Part shown: positions 1 through 14,900 of the stretch, in pieces
Numbering within the stretch: position 1 is the first letter of the stretch
How the letters are laid out: each line of letters opens with the position of its first letter
The notes under the pieces: generated by a model
What the model was told of the DNA's origin: nothing
The model's input: only the letters and a program-made list of their open reading frames with translations
The model's database searches: none
Source of the DNA: Antedon mediterranea
Lineage: Eukaryota > Animalia > Echinodermata
DNA: 64,000 nt
Direction: 5' to 3'
Assembly (NCBI RefSeq): GCF_964355755.1
Contig: NC_092678.1
Span: 9,918,352-9,982,351 of the forward strand
Translations under genes and position numbers: made by a program

Positions 1-3000
1 GTGAAAAAGTTTTTTCGAAATGCTAAAAATGGTCTAAAACGTTTTCCAATACCATATTAAGCTATTTTGTGCAATTTGATGTTTTTGTGTAACAAAGTTT
101 TTTCGAAAATCACAAAATGGTCTAAAACGTCTCCAAATGCGATTTGAAGATATTCTGAGCACTTTGGTGTTTTTATGTTAAAAAGTTTTTTGGAAAATCA
201 CAAAATGGTCTAAAACGACTCCAAATGCGATTTGAAGCTATCCTGTACACTTTGATGTTTTGTGTGAAAAAGTTTTGTCGAAATGCTCAAAATGATCTAA
301 AACGTTTTTAAAACGATATTAAGCTATTTTGTGCTCTTTGATGTTTTTGTGTATCCAAGTTTCATCGAAATGAACAAAATGGTCTAAAACGTCTCCAAAT
401 GCGATTTGAAAGTATTCTGAGCACTTTGGTGTTTTTGTGTGAAAAGTTTTAACGAAATGCTCAAAATGGTCTAAAACGGTTTCTAATGTGATTTTAACCA
501 CTTTGATGTTTTTGTGTAACCAACTTCTTTTCGAAAATCACAAAATGGTCTAAAACGTCTCCAAATGCGATTTGAAGCTTTTCTAAGCACTTTGGTGTTT
601 TTATGTTAAAAAGTTTTTTCGAAAATCACAAAATGGTCTAAAACGTCTCCAAATGCGATTTGAAGCTCTTCTGTACACTTTGATGTTTTGTGTGAAAAAG
701 TTTTGTCGAAATGCTCAAAATGGTCTAAAACGTTTTTAAATACGATATTAAGCTGTTTTGTGCACTTTGATGATTTGTGTGAAAAGTTTTAACGAAATGT
801 TCAAAATAGTCTAAAACGGTTTCTAATGTGATTTTAAGCACTTTGATGTTTTTGTGTAACCAAGTTTTTTCGGAAATCACAAAATGGTCTAAAACGTCTC
901 AAAATGCGATTTGAAGCTTTTCTAAGCACTTTGGTGTTTTTATGTTAACAAGTTTTTTCGAAAATCACAAAATGGTCTAAAATTTCTCAAAATGCGATTG
1001 AAGGTATTCTGAGCACTTTGGTGTTTTTGTGTGAAAAGTTTTAACGAAATGCTCAAAATGGTCTAAAACGGTTCTAATGTGATTTTAAGCACTTTGATGT
1101 TTTTGTATAACCAAGTTTCATCGAAATGCTCAAAATGATGTAAAACGTTTTTAAAACGATATTAAGCTATTTTGTGCTCTTTGATGTTTTTGTGTAACCA
1201 AGTTTTTTCGAAAATCACAAAATGGTCTAAAACGTCTCCAAATGCGATTTGAAGCTTTTCTAAGCACTTTGGTGTTTTTATGTTAACAAGTTTTTTCGAA
1301 AATCACAAAATGGTCTAAAACGTCTCAAAATGCGATTTGAAGGTATTCTGAGCACTTTGGTGTTTTTGTGTGAAAAGTTTTAACGAAATGCTCAAAATGG
1401 TCTAAAACGGTTTCTAATGTGATTTTAACCACTTTGATGTTTTTGTGTAACCAAGTTTTTTCGAAACTCACAAAATGGTCTAAAACGTCTCCAAATGCGA
1501 TTTGAAGCTTTTCTAAGCACTTTGGTGTTTTTATGTTAACAAGTTTTTTCGAAAATCACAAAATGGTCTAAAACGTCTCAAATAGCGATTTGAAGCTATT
1601 CTGTACACTTTGATGTTTTGTGTGAAAAAAGTTTTGTCGAAATGCTCAAAATGGTCTAAAACGTTTTTAAAACGATATTAAGCTATTTTATGCTCTTTGA
1701 TGTTTTTGTGTAACCAAGTTTTTTCGAAAATCACAAAATTGTCTAAAACGTCTCCGAATGCGATTTGAAGCTCTTCTGTACACTTTGATGTTTTGTGTGA
1801 AAAAGTTTTCTCGAAATGCTAAAAATGGTATAAAAACGTTTTCCAATACCATATTAAGCTATTTTGTGCAATTTGATGTTTTTGTGTAACCAAGTTTTTT
1901 CGAAAATCACAAAATTGTCTAAAACGTCTCCGAATGCGATTTGAAGCTCTTCTGTACACTTTGATGTTTTGTGTGAAAAAGTTTTTTCGAAATGCTAAAA
2001 ATGGTCTAAAACGTTTTCCAATACCATATTAAGCTATTTTGTGCAATTTGATGTTTTTGTGTAACAAAGTTTTTTCGAAAATCACAAAATGGTCTAAAAC
2101 GTCTCCAAATGCGATTTGAAGATATTCTGAGCACTTTGGTGTTTTTATGTTAAAAAGTTTTTTGGAAAATCACAAAATGGTCTAAAACGACTCCAAATGC
2201 GATTTGAAGCTATCCTGTACACTTTGATGTTTTGTGTGAAAAAGTTTTGTCGAAATGCTCAAAATGGTCTAAAACGTTTTTAAATACGATATTAAGCTGT
2301 TTTGTGCACTTTGATGATTTGTGTGAAAAGTTTTAACGAAATGTTCAAAATAGTCTAAAACGGTTTCTAATGTGATTTTAAGCACTTTGATGTTTTTGTG
2401 TAACCAAGTTTTTTCGGAAATCACAAAATGGTCTAAAACGTCTCAAAATGCGATTTGAAGCTTTTCTAAGCACTTTGGTGTTTTTATGTTAACAAGTTTT
2501 TTCGAAAATCACAAAATGGTCTAAAACGTCTCAAAATGCGATTGAAGGTATTCTGAGCACTTTGGTGTTTTTGTGTGAAAAGTTTTAACGAAATGCTCAA
2601 AATGGTCTAAAACGGTTCTAATGTGATTTTAAGCACTTTGATGTTTTTGTATAACCAAGTTTCATCGAAATGCTCAAAATGATGTAAAACGTTTTTAAAA
2701 CGATATTAAGCTATTTTGTGCTCTTTGATGTTTTTGTGTAACCAAGTTTTTTCGAAAATCACAAAATGGTCTAAAACGTCTCCAAATGCGATTTGAAGCT
2801 TTTCTAAGCACTTTGGTGTTTTTATGTTAACAAGTTTTTTCGAAAATCACAAAATGGTCTAAAACGTCTCAAAATGCGATTTGAAGGTATTCTGAGCACT
2901 TTGGTGTTTTTGTGTGAAAAGTTTTAACGAAATGCTCAAAATGGTCTAAAACGGTTTCTAATGTGATTTTAACCACTTTGATGTTTTTGTGTAACCAAGT

Positions 3001-6000
3001 TTTTTCGAAAATCACAAAATGGTCTAAAACGTCTCCAAATGCGATTTGAAGCTTTTCTAAGCACTTTGGTGTTTTTATGTTAACAAGTTTTTTCGAAAAT
3101 CACAAAATGGTCTAAAACGTCTCAAATAGCGATTTGAAGCTATTCTGTACACTTTGATGTTTTGTGTGAAAAAAGTTTTGTCGAAATGCTCAAAATGGTC
3201 TAAAACGTTTTTAAAACGATATTAAGCTATTTTGTGCTCTTTGATGTTTTTGTGTAACCAAGTTTTATCGAAATGAACAAAATGGTCTAAAACGTCTCCA
3301 AATGCGATTTGAAGCTTTTCCAAGCACTTTGCTGTTTTTATGTTAACAAGTTTTTTCGAAAATCACAAAATGGTCTAAAACATCTCCAAATGCGATTTGA
3401 AGATATTCTGAGCACTTTGGTGTTTTTATGTTAAAAAGTTTTTTCGAAAATCACAAAATGGTCTAGAACGTCTCCAAATGCGATTTGAAGCTCTTCTGTA
3501 CACTTTGATGTTTTGTGTGAAAAAGTTTTGTCAAAATGCTCAAAATGGTCTAAAACGTTTTTAAAACGATATTAAGCTATTTTGTGCTCTTTGATGTTTT
3601 TGTATAACCAAGTTTTTTCGAAAATCACAAAATGGTCTAAAACGTCTCCAAATGCGATTTGAAAATATTCTGAGCACTTTGGTGTTTTTATGTTAAAAAG
3701 TTTTTTCGAAAATCACAAAATGGTCTAAAACGTCTCCAAATGCGATTTGAAGATATTCTGAGCACTTTGGTGTTTTTATGTTAAAAAGTTTTTTCGAAAA
3801 TCACAAAATGGTCTAAAACGTCTCCAAATGCGATTTGAAGCTATTCTATACACTTTGATGTTTTGTGTTAAAAAGTTTTGTCGAAATGCTCAAAATGGTT
3901 TAAAACGTTTTTAAAACGATATTAAGCTATTTTGTGCTCTTTGATGTTTTTGTGTAACCAAGTTTCATCGAAATGAACAAAATGGTCTAAAACGTCTCCA
4001 AATGCGATTTGAAGCTTTTCCAAGCACTTTGCTGTTTTTATGTTAACAAGTTTTTTCGAAAATCACAAAATTGTCTAAAACGTCTCAAAATGCGATTTGA
4101 AGGTATTCTGAGCACTTTGGTGTTTTTGTGTGAAAAGTTTTAACGAAAAGCTCAAAATGGTCTAAAACGGTTCTAATGTGATTTTAAGCACTTTGATGTT
4201 TTTGTACAACCAAGTTTCATCGAAATGCTCAAAATGGTCTAAAACGTTTTTAAAACGATATTAAGCTATTTTGTGCTCTTTGATGTTTTTGTGTAACCAA
4301 GTTTTTTCGAAAATCACAAAATGGTCTAAAACGTCTCCAAATGCGATTTGAAGCTTTTCTAAGCACTTTGGTGTTTTTATGTTAACAAGTTTTTTCGAAA
4401 ATCACAAAATGGTCTAAAACGTCTCAAAATGCGATTTGAAGGTATTCTGAGCACTTTGGTGTTTTTGTGTGAAAAGTTTTAACGAAATGCTCAAAATGGT
4501 CTAAAACGGTTTCTAATGTGATTTTAACCACTTTGATGTTTTTGTGTAACCAAGTTTTTTCGAAAATCACAAAATGGTCTAAAACGTCTCCAAATGCGAT
4601 TTGAAGCTTTTCTAAGCACTTTGGTGTTTTTATGTTAACAAGTTTTTTCGAAAATCACAAAATGGTCTAAAACGTCTCCAAATGCGATTTGAAGATATTC
4701 TGAGCACTTTGGTGTTTTTCTGTTAAAAAGTAATTTCGAAAATCACAAAATGGTCTAAAACGTCTCCAAATGCAATTTGAAGCTATTCTGTACACTTTGA
4801 TGTTTTGTGTGAAAAAGTTTTGTCAAAATGCTCAAAATGGTCTAAAACGTTTTTAAAACGATATTAAGCTATTTTGTGCTCTTTGATGTTTTTGTATAAC
4901 CAAGTTTTTTCGAAAATCACAAAATGGTCTAAAACGTCTCCAAATGCGATTTGAAGCTTTTCTAAACACTTTGGTGTTTTTATGTTAACAAGTTTTTTCG
5001 AAAATCACAAAATGGTCTAAAACGTCTCCAAATCCGATTTGAAGCTATTCTGTACACTTTGATGTTTTGTGTGAAAAAGTTTTGTCGAAATGCTCAAAAT
5101 GGTCTAAAACGTTTTTAAAACGATATTAAGCTATTTTGTGCTCTTTGATGTTTTTGTGTAACCAAGTTTCATCGATATGAACAAAATGGTCTTAAACGTC
5201 TCAAAATGCGATTTGAAGGTATTCTGAGCACTTTGGTGTTTTTGGGTGAAAAGTTTTAACGAAATGCTCAAAATGGTCTAAAACGGTTTCTAATGTGATT
5301 TTAAGCACTTTGAAGTATTTGTAAAAACAAGTTTCATCGAAATGCACAAAATAGTCTAAAACGTCTCCAAATGCGATTTGAAGCTTTTCTAAGCACTTTG
5401 GTGTTTTTATGTTAACAAGTTTTTTCGAAAATCACAAAATGGTCTAAAACGTCTCCAAATGCGATTTGAAGATATTCTGAGCACTTTGCTGTTTTTATGT
5501 TAACATGTTTTTTCGAAAATCACAAAATGGTCTAAAACGTCTCAAAATGCTATTTGAAGGTATTCTGAGCACTTTGGTGTTTTTGTGTGAAAAGTTTTAA
5601 CGAAATGCTCAAAATGGTCTAAAACGGTTCTAATGTGATTTTAAACACTTTGATGTTTTGTGTGAAAAAGTTTTGTCAAAATGCTCAAAATGGTCTAAAA
5701 CGTTTTTAAAACGATATTAAGCTATTTTGTGCTCTTTGATGTTTTTGTATAACCAAGTTTTTTCGAAAATCACAAAATGGTCTAAAACGTCTCCAAATGC
5801 GATTTGAAGATATTCTGAGCACTTTGGTGTTTTTATGTTAAAAAGTTTTTTCGAAAATCACAAAATGGTCTAAAACGTCTCCAAATGCGATTTGAAGATA
5901 TTCTGAGCACTTTGGTGTTTTTATGTTAAAAAGTTTTTTCGAAAATCACAAAATGGTCTAAAACGTATCCAAATGCGATTTGAAGCTATTCTATACACTT

Positions 6001-6789
6001 TGATGTTTTGTGTTAAAAAGTTTTGTCGAAATGCTCAAAATGGTTTAAAACGTTTTTAAAACGATATTAAGCTATTTTGTGCTCTTTGATGTTTTTGTGT
6101 AACCAAGTTTCATCGAAATGAACAAAATGGTCTAAAACGTCTCCAAATGCGATTTGAAGCTTTTCCAAGCACTTTGCTGTTTTTATGTTAACAAGTTTTT
6201 TCGAAAATCACAAAATTGTCTAAAACGTCTCAAAATGCGATTTGAAGGTATTCTGAGCACTTTGGTGTTTTTGTGTGAAAAGTTTTAACGAAAAGCTCAA
6301 AATGGTCTAAAACGGTTCTAATGTGATTTTAAGCACTTTGATGTTTTTGTACAACCAAGTTTCATCGAAATGCTCAAAATGGTCTAAAACGTTTTTAAAA
6401 CGATATTAAGCTATTTTGTGCTCTTTGATGTTTTTGTGTAACCAAGTTTTTTCGAAAATCACAAAATGGTCTAAAACGTCTCCAAATGCGATTTGAAGCT
6501 TTTCTAAACACTTTGGTGTTTTTATGTTAACAAGTTTTTTCGAAAATCACAAAATGGTCTAAAACGTCTCAAAATGCGATTTGAAGGTATTCTGAGCACT
6601 TTGGTGTTTTTGTGTGAAAAGTTTTAACGAAATGCTCAAAATGGTCTAAAACGGTTTCTAATGTGATTTTAACCACTTTGATGTTTTTGTGTAACCAAGT
6701 TCTTTTCGAAAATCACAAAATGGTCTAAAACGTCTCCAAATGCGATTTGAAGCTTTTCTAAGCACTTTGCTGTTTTTATGTTAAAAAGT

Positions 6790-9700
6790 TTTTTCGAAAA
6801 TCACAAAATGGTCTAAAACGTCTCCAAATGCGATTTGAAGATATTCTGAGCACTTTGGTGTTTTTATGTTAAAAAGTTTTTTCGAAAATCACAAAATGGT
6901 CTAAAACGTCTCCAAATGCGATTTGAAGATATTCTGAGCACTTTGGTGTTTTTATGTTAAAAAGTTTTTTCGAAAATCACAAAATGGTCTAAAACGTCTC
7001 CAAATGCGATTTGAAGCTATTCTGTACACTTTGATGTTTTGTGTGAAAAAGTTTTGTCGAAATGCTCAAAATGGTCTAAAACGTTTTTAAAACGATATTA
7101 AGCTATTTTGTGCTCTTTGATGTTTTTGTGTAACCAAGTTTTATCGAAATGAACAAAATGGTCTAAAACGTCTCCAAATGCGATTTGAAGCTTTTCCAAG
7201 CACTTTGCTGTTTTTATGTTAACAAGCTTTTTCGAAAATCACAAAATGGTCTAAAACGTCTCCAAATGCGATTTGAAGATATTCTGAGCACTTTGGTGTT
7301 TTTATGTTAAAAAGTTTTTTCGAAAATCACAAAATGGTCTAAAACGTCTCCAAATGCGATTTGAAGATATTCTGAGCACTTTGGTGTTTTTATGTTAAAA
7401 AGTTTTTTCGAAAATCACAAAATGGTCTAAAACGTCTCCAAATGCGATTTGAAGCTATTCTGTACACTTTGATGTTTTGTGTGAAAAAGTTTTGTCGAAA
7501 TGCTCAAAATGGTCTAAAACGTTTTTAAAACGATATTAAGCTATTTTGTGCTCTTTGATGTTTTTGTGTAACCAAGTTTTATCGAAATGAACAAAATGGT
7601 CTAAAACGTCTCCAAATGCGATTTGAAGCTTTTCCAAGCACTTTGCTGTTTTTATGTTAACAAGTTTTTTCGAAAATCACAAAATGGTCTAAAACGTCTC
7701 AAAATGCGATTTAAAGGTATTCTGAGCACTTTGGTGTTTTTGTGTGAAAAGTTTTAACGAAATGCTCAAAATTGTCTAAAACGGTTTCTAATGTGATTTT
7801 AAGCACTTTGATGTTTTTGTAAAACCAAGTTTCATCGAAATGAACAAAATGGTCTAAATTGTCTCCAAATGCGATTTGAAGCTTTTCCAAGCACTTTGCT
7901 GTTTTTATGTTAACAAGCTTTTTCGAAAATCACAAAATGGTCTAAAACGTCTCCAAATGCGATTTGAAGATATTCTGAGCACTTTGGTGTTTTTATGTTA
8001 AAAAGTTTTTTCGAAAATCACAAAATGGTCTAAAACGTCTCCAAATGCGATTTGAAGCTCTTCTGTACACTTTGATGTTTTGTGTGAAAAAGTTTAGTCG
8101 AAATGCTCAAAATGGTCTAAAACGTTTTTAAAACGATATTAAGCTATTTTGTGCTCTTTGATGTTTTTGTGTAACCAAGTTTCATCGAAAATCACAAAAT
8201 GGTCTAAAACGTCTCCAAATGCGATTTGAAGATATTCTGAGCACTTTGGTGTTTTTATGTTAACAAGTTTTTTCGAAAATCACAAAATGGTCTAAAACGT
8301 CTCCAAATGCGATTTGAAGATATTCTGAGCACTTTGGTGTTTTTATGTTAAAAAGTTTTTTCGAAAATCACAAAATGGTCTAAAACGTCTCCAAATGCGA
8401 TTTGAAGCTATTCTATACACTTTGATGTTTTGTGTTAAAAAGTTTTGTCGAAATGCTCAAAATGGTTTAAAACGTTTTTAAAACGATATTAAGCTATTTT
8501 GTGCTCTTTGATGTTTTTGTGTAACCAAGTTTCATCGAAATGAACAAAATGGTCTAAAACGTCTCCAAATGCGATTTGAAGCTTTTCCAAGCACTTTGCT
8601 GTTTTTATGTTAACAAGTTTTTTCGAAAATCACAAAATTGTCTAAAACGTCTCAAAATGCGATTTGAAGGTATTCTGAGCACTTTGGTGTTTTTGTGTGA
8701 AAAGTTTTAACGAAAAGCTCAAAATGGTCTAAAACGGTTCAAATGTGATTTTAAGCACTTTGATGTTTTTGTACAACCAAGTTTCATCGAAATGCTCAAA
8801 ATGGTCTAAAACGTTTTTAAAACGATATTAAGCTATTTTGTGCTCTTTGATGTTTTTGCGTTACCAAGTTTTTTCGAAAATCACAAAATGGTCTAAAACG
8901 TCTCCAAATGCGATTTGAAGCTTTTCTAAGCACTTTGGTGTTTTTATGTTAACAAGTTTTTTCGAAAATCACAAAATGGTCTAAAACGTCTCAAAATGCG
9001 ATTTGAAGGTATTCTGAGCACTTTGGTGTTTTTGTGTGAAAAGTTTTAACGAAATGCTCAAAATGGTCTAAAACGGTTTCTAATTTGATTTTAACCACTT
9101 TGATGTTTTTGTGTAACCAAGTTCTTTTCGAAAATCACAAAATGGTCTAAAACGTCTCCAAATGCGATTTGAAGCTTTTCTAAGCACTTTGGTGTTTTTA
9201 TGTTAACAAGTTTTTTCGAAAATCACAAAATGGTCTAAAACGTCTCAAAATGCGATTTGAAGGTATTCTGAGCACTTTGGTGTTTTTGTGTGAAAAGTTT
9301 TAACGAAATGCTCAAAATGGTCTAAAACGGTTTCTAATGTTATTTTAACAACTTTGATGTTTTTGTGTAACCAAGTTTTTTCGAAAATCACAAAATGGTC
9401 TAAAACGTCTCCAAATGCGATTTGAAGATATTCTGAGCACTTTGGTGTTTTTATGTTAAAAAGTTTTTTCGAAAATCACAAAATGGTCTAAAACGTCTCC
9501 AAATGCGATTTGAAGATATTCTGAGCACTTTGGTGTTTTTATGTTAAAAAGTTTTTTCGAAAATCACAAAATGGTCTAAAACGTCTCCAAATGCGATTTG
9601 AAGCTATTCTGTACACTTTGATGTTTTGTGTGAAAAAGTTTTGTCGAAATGCTCAAAATGGTCTAAAACGTTTTTAAAACGATATTAAGCTATTTTGTGC

Positions 9701-11980
9701 TCTTTGATGTTTTTGTGTAACCAAGTTTTATCGAAATGAACAAAATGGTCTAAAACGTCTCCAAATGCGATTTGAAGCTTTTCCAAGCACTTTGCTGTTT
9801 TTATGTTAACAAGCTTTTTCGAAAATCACAAAATGGTCTAAAACGTCTCCAAATGCGATTTGAAGATATTCTGAGCACTTTGGTGTTTTTATGTTAAAAA
9901 GTTTTTTCGAAAATCACAAAATGGTCTAAAACGTCTCCAAATGCGATTTGAAGATATTCTGAGCACTTTGGTGTTTTTATGTTAAAAAGTTTTTTCGAAA
10001 ATCACAAAATGGTCTAAAACGTCTCCAAATGCGATTTGAAGCTATTCTGTACACTTTGATGTTTTGTGTGAAAAAGTTTTGTCGAAATGCTCAAAATGGT
10101 CTAAAACGTTTTTAAAACGATATTAAGCTATTTTGTGCTCTTTGATGTTTTTGTGTAACCAAGTTTTATCGAAATGAACAAAATGGTCTAAAACGTCTCC
10201 AAATGCGATTTGAAGCTTTTCCAAGCACTTTGCTGTTTTTATGTTAACAAGTTTTTTCGAAAATCACAAAATGGTCTAAAACGTCTCAAAATGCGATTTA
10301 AAGGTATTCTGAGCACTTTGGTGTTTTTGTGTGAAAAGTTTTAACGAAATGCTCAAAATTGTCTAAAACGGTTTCTAATGTGATTTTAAGCACTTTGATG
10401 TTTTTGTAAAACCAAGTTTCATCGAAATGAACAAAATGGTCTAAATTGTCTCCAAATGCGATTTGAAGCTTTTCCAAGCACTTTGCTGTTTTTATGTTAA
10501 CAAGCTTTTTCGAAAATCACAAAATGGTCTAAAACGTCTCCAAATGCGATTTGAAGATATTCTGAGCACTTTGGTGTTTTTATGTTAAAAAGTTTTTTCG
10601 AAAATCACAAAATGGTCTAAAACGTCTCCAAATGCGATTTGAAGCTCTTCTGTACACTTTGATGTTTTGTGTGAAAAAGTTTAGTCGAAATGCTCAAAAT
10701 GGTCTAAAACGTTTTTAAAACGATATTAAGCTATTTTGTGCTCTTTGATGTTTTTGTGTAACCAAGTTTCATCGAAAATCACAAAATGGTCTAAAACGTC
10801 TCCAAATGCGATTTGAAGATATTCTGAGCACTTTGGTGTTTTTATGTTAACAAGTTTTTTCGAAAATCACAAAATGGTCTAAAACGTCTCCAAATGCGAT
10901 TTGAAGATATTCTGAGCACTTTGGTGTTTTTATGTTAAAAAGTTTTTTCGAAAATCACAAAATGGTCTAAAACGTCTCCAAATGCGATTTGAAGCTATTC
11001 TATACACTTTGATGTTTTGTGTTAAAAAGTTTTGTCGAAATGCTCAAAATGGTTTAAAACGTTTTTAAAACGATATTAAGCTATTTTGTGCTCTTTGATG
11101 TTTTTGTGTAACCAAGTTTCATCGAAATGAACAAAATGGTCTAAAACGTCTCCAAATGCGATTTGAAGCTTTTCCAAGCACTTTGCTGTTTTTATGTTAA
11201 CAAGTTTTTTCGAAAATCACAAAATTGTCTAAAACGTCTCAAAATGCGATTTGAAGGTATTCTGAGCACTTTGGTGTTTTTGTGTGAAAAGTTTTAACGA
11301 AAAGCTCAAAATGGTCTAAAACGGTTCTAATGTGATTTTAAGCACTTTGATGTTTTTGTACAACCAAGTTTCATCGAAATGCTCAAAATGGTCTAAAACG
11401 TTTTTAAAACGATATTAAGCTATTTTGTGCTCTTTGATGTTTTTGCGTTACCAAGTTTTTTCGAAAATCACAAAATGGTCTAAAACGTCTCCAAATGCGA
11501 TTTGAAGCTTTTCTAAGCACTTTGGTGTTTTTATGTTAACAAGTTTTTTCGAAAATCACAAAATGGTCTAAAACGTCTCAAAATGCGATTTGAAGGTATT
11601 CTGAGCACTTTGGTGTTTTTGTGTGAAAAGTTTTAACGAAATGCTCAAAATGGTCTAAAACGGTTTCTAATTTGATTTTAACCACTTTGATGTTTTTGTG
11701 TAACCAAGTTCTTTTCGAAAATCACAAAATGGTCTAAAACGTCTCCAAATGCGATTTGAAGCTTTTCTAAGCACTTTGGTGTTTTTATGTTAACAAGTTT
11801 TTTCGAAAATCACAAAATGGTCTAAAACGTCTCAAAATGCGATTTGAAGGTATTCTGAGCACTTTGGTGTTTTTGTGTGAAAAGTTTTAACGAAATGCTC
11901 AAAATGGTCTAAAACGGTTTCTAATGTTATTTTAACAACTTTGATGTTTTTGTGTAACCAAGTTTTTTCGAAAATCACAA
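6790..11980. repeat. 2,587-bp tandem duplication of satellite block
   Basis: Rare variants recur at a constant offset of 2,587: CTAAATTGTC (7854/10441), TTTAGTCG (~8093/~10680) and GTTATTTTAACA (9339/11926). Boundaries are approximate. Confidence 0.85.
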
Positions 11981-14900
11981 AATGGTCTAAAACGTCTCCA
12001 AATGCGATTTGAAGCTTTTCTAAGCACTTTGGTGTTTTTATGTTAACAAGTTTTTTCGAAAATCACAAAATGGTCTAAAACGTCTCCAAATGCGATTTGA
12101 AGATATTCTGAGCACTTTGGTGTTTTTCTGTTAAAAAGTATTTTCGAAAATCACAAAATGGTCTAAAACGTCTCCAAATGCAATTTGAAGCTATTCTGTA
12201 CACTTTGATGTTTTGTGTGAAAAAGTTTTGTCAAAATGCTCAAAATGGTCTAAAACGTTTTTAAAACGATATTAAGCTATTTTGTGCTCTTTGATGTTTT
12301 TGTATAACCAAGTTTTTTCGAAAATCACAAAATGGTCTAAAACGTCTCCAAATGCGATTTGAAGCTTTTCTAAACACTTTGGTGTTTTTATGTTAACAAG
12401 TTTTTTCGAAAATCACAAAATGGTCTAAAACGTCTCCAAATCCGATTTGAAGCTATTCTGTACACTTTGATGTTTTGTGTGAAAAAGTTTTGTCGAAATG
12501 CTCAAAATGGTCTAAAACGTTTTTAAAATGATATTAAGCTATTTTGTGCTCTTTGATGTTTTTGTGTAACCAAGTTTCATCGATATGAACAAAATGGTCT
12601 AAAACGTCTCAAAATGCGATTTGAAGGTATTCTGAGCACTTTGGTGTTTTTGGGTGAAAAGTTTTAACGAAATGCTCAAAATGGTCTAAAACGGTTTCTA
12701 ATGTGATTTTAAGCACTTTGAAGTATTTGTAAAAACAAGTTTCATCGAAATGCACAAAATAGTCTAAAACGTCTCCAAATTCGATTTGAAGCTTTTCTAA
12801 GCACTTTGGTGTTTTTATGTTAACAAGTTTTTTCGAAAATCACAAAATGGTCTAAAACGTCTCCAAATGCGATTTGAAGATATTCTGAGCACTTTGGTGT
12901 TTTTATGTTAAAAAGTATTTTCGAAAATCACAAAATGGTCTAAAACGTCTCCAAATGCGATTTGAAGCTCTTCTGTACACTTTGATGTTTTGTGTGAAAA
13001 AGTTTAGTCGAAATGCTCAAAATGGTCTAAAACGTTTTTAAAACGATATTAAGCTATTTTGTGCTCTTTGATGTTTTTGTGTAACCAAGTTTCATCGAAA
13101 ATCACAAAATGGTCTAAAACGTCTCCAAATGCGATTTGAAGCTTTTCCAAGCACTTTGCTGTTTTTATGTTAACAAGTTTTTTCGAAAATCACAAAATGG
13201 TCTAAAACGTCTCAAAATACGATATTAAGCTGTTTCTAAAACGTCTCCAAATGCGATTTGAAGATATTCTGAGCACTTTGGTGTTTTTATGTTAAAAAGT
13301 TTTTTGGAAAATCACAAAATGGTCTAAAACGACTCCAAATGCGATTTGAAGCTATCCTGTACACTTTGATGTTTTGTGTGAAAAAGTTTTGTCGAAATGC
13401 TCAAAATGATCTAAAACGTTTTTAAAACGATATTAAGCTATTTTGTGCTCTTTGATGTTTTTGTGTATCCAAGTTTCATCGAAATGAACAAAATGGTCTA
13501 AAACGTCTCCAAATGCGATTTGAAAGTATTCTGAGCACTTTGGTGTTTTTGTGTGAAAAGTTTTAACGAAATGCTCAAAATGGTCTAAAACGGTTTCTAA
13601 TGTGATTTTAACCACTTTGATGTTTTTGTGTAACCAAGTTCTTTTCGAAAATCACAAAATGGTCTAAAACGTCTCAAAATGCGATTTGAAGCTTTTCTAA
13701 GCACTTTGGTGTTTTTATGTTAAAAAGTTTTTTCGAAAATCACAAAATGGTCTAAAACGTCTCCAAATGCGATTTGAAGCTTTTCCAAGCACTTTGCTGT
13801 TTTTATGTTAACAATTTTTTTCGAAAATCATAAAATGGTCTAAAACGTCTCAAAATGCGATTTGAAGGTATTCTGAGCACTTTGGTGTTTTTGTGTGAAA
13901 AGTTTTAACGAAATGCTCAAAATGGTCTAAAACGGTTCTAATGTGATTTTAAGCACTTTGATGTTTTTGTATAACCAAGTTTCATCGAAATGCACAAAAT
14001 GGTCTAAAACGTCTCCAAATGCGATTTAAAGCTATTCTAGACACTTTGATGTTTTGTGTGAAAAATTTTCTCGAAATGCTCAAAATGGTCTAAAACGTTT
14101 TCCAATACCATATTAAGCTATTTTGTGCAATTTGATGTTTTTGTGTAACCAAGTTTTTTGAAATGCGATTTGAAGATATTCTGAGGACTTTGGTGTTTTT
14201 ATGTTAAAAAGTTTTTTCGAAAATCACAAAATGGTCTAAAACGTCTCCAAATGCGATTTGAAGATATTCTGAGCACTTTGGTGTTTTTATGTTAAAAAGT
14301 TTTTTGGAAAATCACAAAATGGTCTAAAACGACTCCAAATGCGATTTGAAGCTATCCTGTACACTTTGATGTTTTGTGTGAAAAAGTTTTGTCGAAATGC
14401 TCAAAATGATCTAAAACGTTTTTAAAACGATATTAAGCTATTTTGTGCTCTTTGATGTTTTTGTGTATCCAAGTTTCATCGAAATGAACAAAATGGTCTA
14501 AAACGTCTCCAAATGCGATTTGAAAGTATTCTGAGCACTTTGGTGTTTTTGTGTGAAAAGTTTTAACGAAATGCTCAAAATGGTCTAAAACGGTTTCTAA
14601 TGTGATTTTAACCACTTTGATGTTTTTGTGTAACCAAGTTCTTTTCGAAAATCACAAAATGGTCTAAAACGTCTCCAAATGCGATTTGAAGCTTTTCTAA
14701 GCACTTTGGTGTTTTTATGTTAAAAAGTTTTTTCGAAAATCACAAAATGGTCTAAAACGTCTCCAAATGCGATTTGAAGCTCTTCTGTACACTTTGATGT
14801 TTTGTGTGAAAAAGTTTTGTCGAAATGCTCAAAATGGTCTAAAACGTTTTTAAATACGATATTAAGCTGTTTTGTGCACTTTGATGATTTGTGTGAAAAG

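Noticed and set aside
13433-14615. Exact 1,000-bp offset between two identical ORFs as a possible artefact
   Set aside because: The intervening sequence is ordinary satellite with its own variants and only part of the block is duplicated; the round number is most likely coincidental.
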